Assembly (NCBI GenBank): GCA_963745035.1
Contig: CAVUVW010000002.1
Coordinates: forward strand, 1-64,000
DNA from: an uncultured delta proteobacterium
GTDB lineage: Bacteria > Desulfobacterota > Binatia > UBA9968
Direction of reading: 5' to 3'
DNA length: 64,000 nt
Shown here in pieces: positions 63,932-64,000 of this stretch. The position numbers and the translations under genes are program-made. The stretch's first letter is position 1. Each line of letters begins with the position of its first letter. The notes under the pieces are model-generated. The model was not told the origin of the DNA and searched no databases. It saw nothing but the letters and a program-made list of their open reading frames with translations.

Positions 63932-64000
63932 GGGAGAGATATATGGAAAATCACGTCAACTATGCTGGCATGAAAGTGTCATCGACCGTTTGCCGATATG

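Noticed and set aside
1-64000. tRNA or rRNA genes
   Set aside because: None recognised by eye; tRNAscan-SE and barrnap not run.

Overview
GC-rich bacterial window, possibly from a deltaproteobacterium-like lineage such as Ca. Binatia (low-confidence guess from gene style). Bases 1-26.5 kb hold a head-to-tail array of 22 divergent paralogues of one ABC-type substrate-binding protein family (ABC_sub_bind/COG2984), plus the tail of a 23rd. They share a near-invariant C-terminus, have interchangeable leaders built from 7-9 bp tandem repeats, and are interrupted by four antisense toxin-antitoxin-type modules and orphan copies of the conserved 3' end. No permease or ATPase gene is visible anywhere in the window. 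Bases 26.7-58.9 kb hold catabolic enzymes, ten more orphan solute-binding proteins, many palindromic repeats and an IS110/IS1111 element with readable bridge-RNA-like guides. This region also has a GxxExxY nuclease gene framed by inverted repeats and a probable selenocysteine-containing CoA-binding protein. Bases 58.9-64 kb are a lower-GC accessory region with direct repeats, an IS4-family element and two more COG2984 copies on the minus strand. Frequent single-base frameshifts in unrelated genes suggest long-read indel errors.
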